This document shows, piece after piece, positions 61,786-64,000 of a DNA stretch of 64,000 nt. The stretch lies in NCBI GenBank assembly GCA_963662435.1, contig OY759598.1, positions 3,008,507 through 3,072,506 of the forward strand, given 5' to 3'. The first letter of the stretch is position 1. Every line of letters starts with the position of its first letter. The DNA comes from Dehalococcoidia bacterium. GTDB lineage: Bacteria; Chloroflexota; Dehalococcoidia; Lucifugimonadales; VXLM01. Below the pieces are notes generated by a model that saw only the letters and a list, made by a program, of their open reading frames with translations, was not told the origin of the DNA and ran no database searches. A program made the translations under genes and the position numbers.

Positions 61786-63036
61786 ATGTGCGCGAAGAAG
61801 AACGTCCATCACGTCGTGAGGCGGCCCGGCAACAGGTTGGGTGATCCGGACATCGAGATTCCGGTCGCCGACGACCTGGTGACCGTGCCGGGAGCGCCGG
61901 TGCGTGAGGTGGACGTTTCGTTCTACAGCCGCGAGTACCCGCTGGATGCCCACTTCGTCGAGAACTCCGCCGACCGCGAGTGGCTTTGGTCACAATACAC
62001 CGAGTCGTTTGCCCAGTGGCGCATCGAGCACGAGAAGGTGGACACGCCGCTCGTGGAAGCCGCTGCGTCGTCGGGTGACATCCCTCCGGACGTTGAACCG
62101 GACCCGGACCTCGATCCGACGGAGCCAATCCGTCGGAAGGCCCGCGAACTGGGGTTCAGCGAGGTCGGGTTCACCAGGTACGACCGACGGTACGCCTACG
62201 CCAGCAAGAAGAAGTGGGTGAAGTTCCAGCATGCAATCTGCCTCGCCTACGAGCAGGAGTACCATGGTACTCAGAAGATTCCCAGCGAGGAGGCCGAGCA
62301 CACCCACTTCGGAACGTATACGACCGAAGGGGAGGTCTCGCTGGAACTGGCGGACTACATCCGCTCATTGGGCTACCACGCGCAGGTGCACAGCCACAGC
62401 GACTCCAGCGCGCCCTACATCCCCATGTTCATCAACGCGGGCCTGGGCCAGTTGGGCGCGAACGGCCAGCTCCTTATGCCGCACTTCGGTTCTCGTGGTC
62501 GGCTGATGTTGATAACCACCGACGCGCCCGTGCGCTACGACGAGCCCGTCGACTACGGCATCAACCGCTTCTGCGACGAGTGCCAGGTGTGCGTGGCTCG
62601 GTGTCCCAGCAATGCCCTCTCACGCAACAAGCTGTGGTGGCGCGTTGCCCTGAAGAACAAGGTGAGCTATGCGCGGTGCCGCCCTGTTATGGGTCGTTAC
62701 GACGGGTGTTCGATCTGCATGAAGGTCTGCCCCGTTCAGAAGTACGGCATGAAGCCGGTCATGGACCACTACGTCGAGACGGGTGAGGTGCTCGGAAAGG
62801 GTACCGACGAGCTGGAGGGGTACACGCTAAAGGACAAGGGCAAATTCGGTCCCGGCGAAAAGCCCCACTTTACACCCGAGTTCTTTCAGATACCCCGTGG
62901 CCGGTACGAAAACTGGGTCTACGAGGGCTTCAAGGCCCGTCTTGAGGCGGGAGAAGAGATTACGAAGGAAGAGTTGGCGGAGTTTGCTGACTCGGTGCGC
63001 GAGGCGGTGGAGACAAAACGGGAGACCACGGGATAG
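61786..63036 (+). CDS. Reductive dehalogenase-like / QueG-like cobalamin and 2x[4Fe-4S] protein
   Basis: LADYIRSLGYHA, AGLGQLGANG, FGSRGRL...TTDAP, CDECQVCVARCP and C-X9-CSICMKVCP motifs. Confidence 0.8.
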   Translation: MCAKKNVHHVVRRPGNRLGDPDIEIPVADDLVTVPGAPVREVDVSFYSREYPLDAHFVENSADREWLWSQYTESFAQWRIEHEKVDTPLVEAAASSGDIPPDVEPDPDLDPTEPIRRKARELGFSEVGFTRYDRRYAYASKKKWVKFQHAICLAYEQEYHGTQKIPSEEAEHTHFGTYTTEGEVSLELADYIRSLGYHAQVHSHSDSSAPYIPMFINAGLGQLGANGQLLMPHFGSRGRLMLITTDAPVRYDEPVDYGINRFCDECQVCVARCPSNALSRNKLWWRVALKNKVSYARCRPVMGRYDGCSICMKVCPVQKYGMKPVMDHYVETGEVLGKGTDELEGYTLKDKGKFGPGEKPHFTPEFFQIPRGRYENWVYEGFKARLEAGEEITKEELAEFADSVREAVETKRETTG

Positions 63037-63139
63037 TCTTCGCTCGGACGACGAGACTGACCATAGTCCCGCCATGGGCAAGTTCTCCCAACACCGTTCG
63101 AGGCCGCGAAGCACGGTATTCTAACCTCAATTACTACGG

Positions 63140-63946
63140 TTGGTGAACTTGGTGAAGAGCAGAGTCCATAGTGTCCTGGAACGGACGGACGGACGTCTCA
63201 GCGCGTTCGACCTCTTTATCATCACGCTCATTTGCCTGAACGTGGTAGTCCTGATCGTGGAGACGGTCGAGGAAATCCACCAGGTCGCGCCATTTGCTTT
63301 CCAAGCCTTCGACACCATATCCGTAGCCATCTTTACTGTCGAGTATGTCTTGCGGATCTGGTCGTGTAACTCCGAGGAGAAATACGGGCATCCGCTGTGG
63401 GGACGACTGCGCTTTGCCGTCACCCCCGTCCTATTCATCGACCTGCTGGCTATACTGCCCTTCTATGTGGCGCTCATTGCTCCCGCAGGCTTGATCGACC
63501 TGCGAGTCTTGCGAATCCTGCGGGCGGTGCGCCTCTTCGCCCGAATCGCGCGACTGAGTCGCTACTCGTCCGGCTTGAGGACGTCGGCCGGGGTCCTGCA
63601 CGCCAAGCGCGCGGAGCTGATCACGGTGATCGTGTTCCTCTCGATTCTCCTTCTGATGGCCTCGTCGCTGATGTTCTTCGCCGAGCATGAGGCGCAGCCG
63701 GACAAGTTCGCCAACATACCCCAAGCAATGTGGTGGAGCATTATCACACTCACGACCGTCGGGTACGGCGATGTGACCCCCGTCACCGGGGCGGGACGGT
63801 TCTTCGCGGGAGTGATTGCCATTCTAGGAATAGGTCTGTTCGCGCTCCCTGCGGGAATCCTGGGGTCGGGGTTTATGGAGGAAATGAACAGGAGAAGGCA
63901 GGAGATCAGGCGGTGTCCCCACTGCAACATGGAGATCCACGAGTAG
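63140..63946 (+). CDS. 6-TM voltage-gated-type potassium channel
   Basis: Arg-rich S4 (LRVLRILRAVRLFAR), TTVGYGD selectivity filter and C-terminal CPHC. Confidence 0.92.
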   Translation: MVNLVKSRVHSVLERTDGRLSAFDLFIITLICLNVVVLIVETVEEIHQVAPFAFQAFDTISVAIFTVEYVLRIWSCNSEEKYGHPLWGRLRFAVTPVLFIDLLAILPFYVALIAPAGLIDLRVLRILRAVRLFARIARLSRYSSGLRTSAGVLHAKRAELITVIVFLSILLLMASSLMFFAEHEAQPDKFANIPQAMWWSIITLTTVGYGDVTPVTGAGRFFAGVIAILGIGLFALPAGILGSGFMEEMNRRRQEIRRCPHCNMEIHE

Positions 63947-64000
63947 TTCTCCGTAAAGACGCCGTGTAGCCCGGCAATGATCGGCCTTGCCCCCTTGGAT

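Overview
64-kb GC-rich bacterial chromosomal segment. Gene content suggests Chloroflexota/Dehalococcoidia, probably SAR202-like and possibly sponge-associated (inference): paralogous enolase-family dehydratases, an LLM monooxygenase, TolB-like and plant-type LRR proteins, and a GGQSVQKN variant of RF2. Core genes (obg, nadD, pyrE, lysA, queC, mazG, uvrA, frameshifting prfB, gltB/gltD, two glutamine synthetases, rnc, glyA, modABC) are interleaved with accessory material. This includes three IS elements with visible ends and target duplications (ISAs1, IS1182, IS630), several REP-like palindrome families and several toxin-antitoxin modules or orphans. At least three different mobile elements sit in the centres of those palindromes, among them two identical 221-bp MITEs. 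Other highlights are a ~2,055-codon modular plant-type LRR gene broken by IS630 and a frameshift, a CxxU Rdx selenoprotein gene missed by the ORF track, an MNT plus Swt1-HEPN fusion module directly upstream of uvrA, a cpATP-grasp/alpha-E/transglutaminase operon containing a beta-propeller lipoprotein gene, and a reductive-dehalogenase-like gene. No rRNA, tRNA or CRISPR array was recognised. All family assignments come from motif recognition by eye, without database searches.
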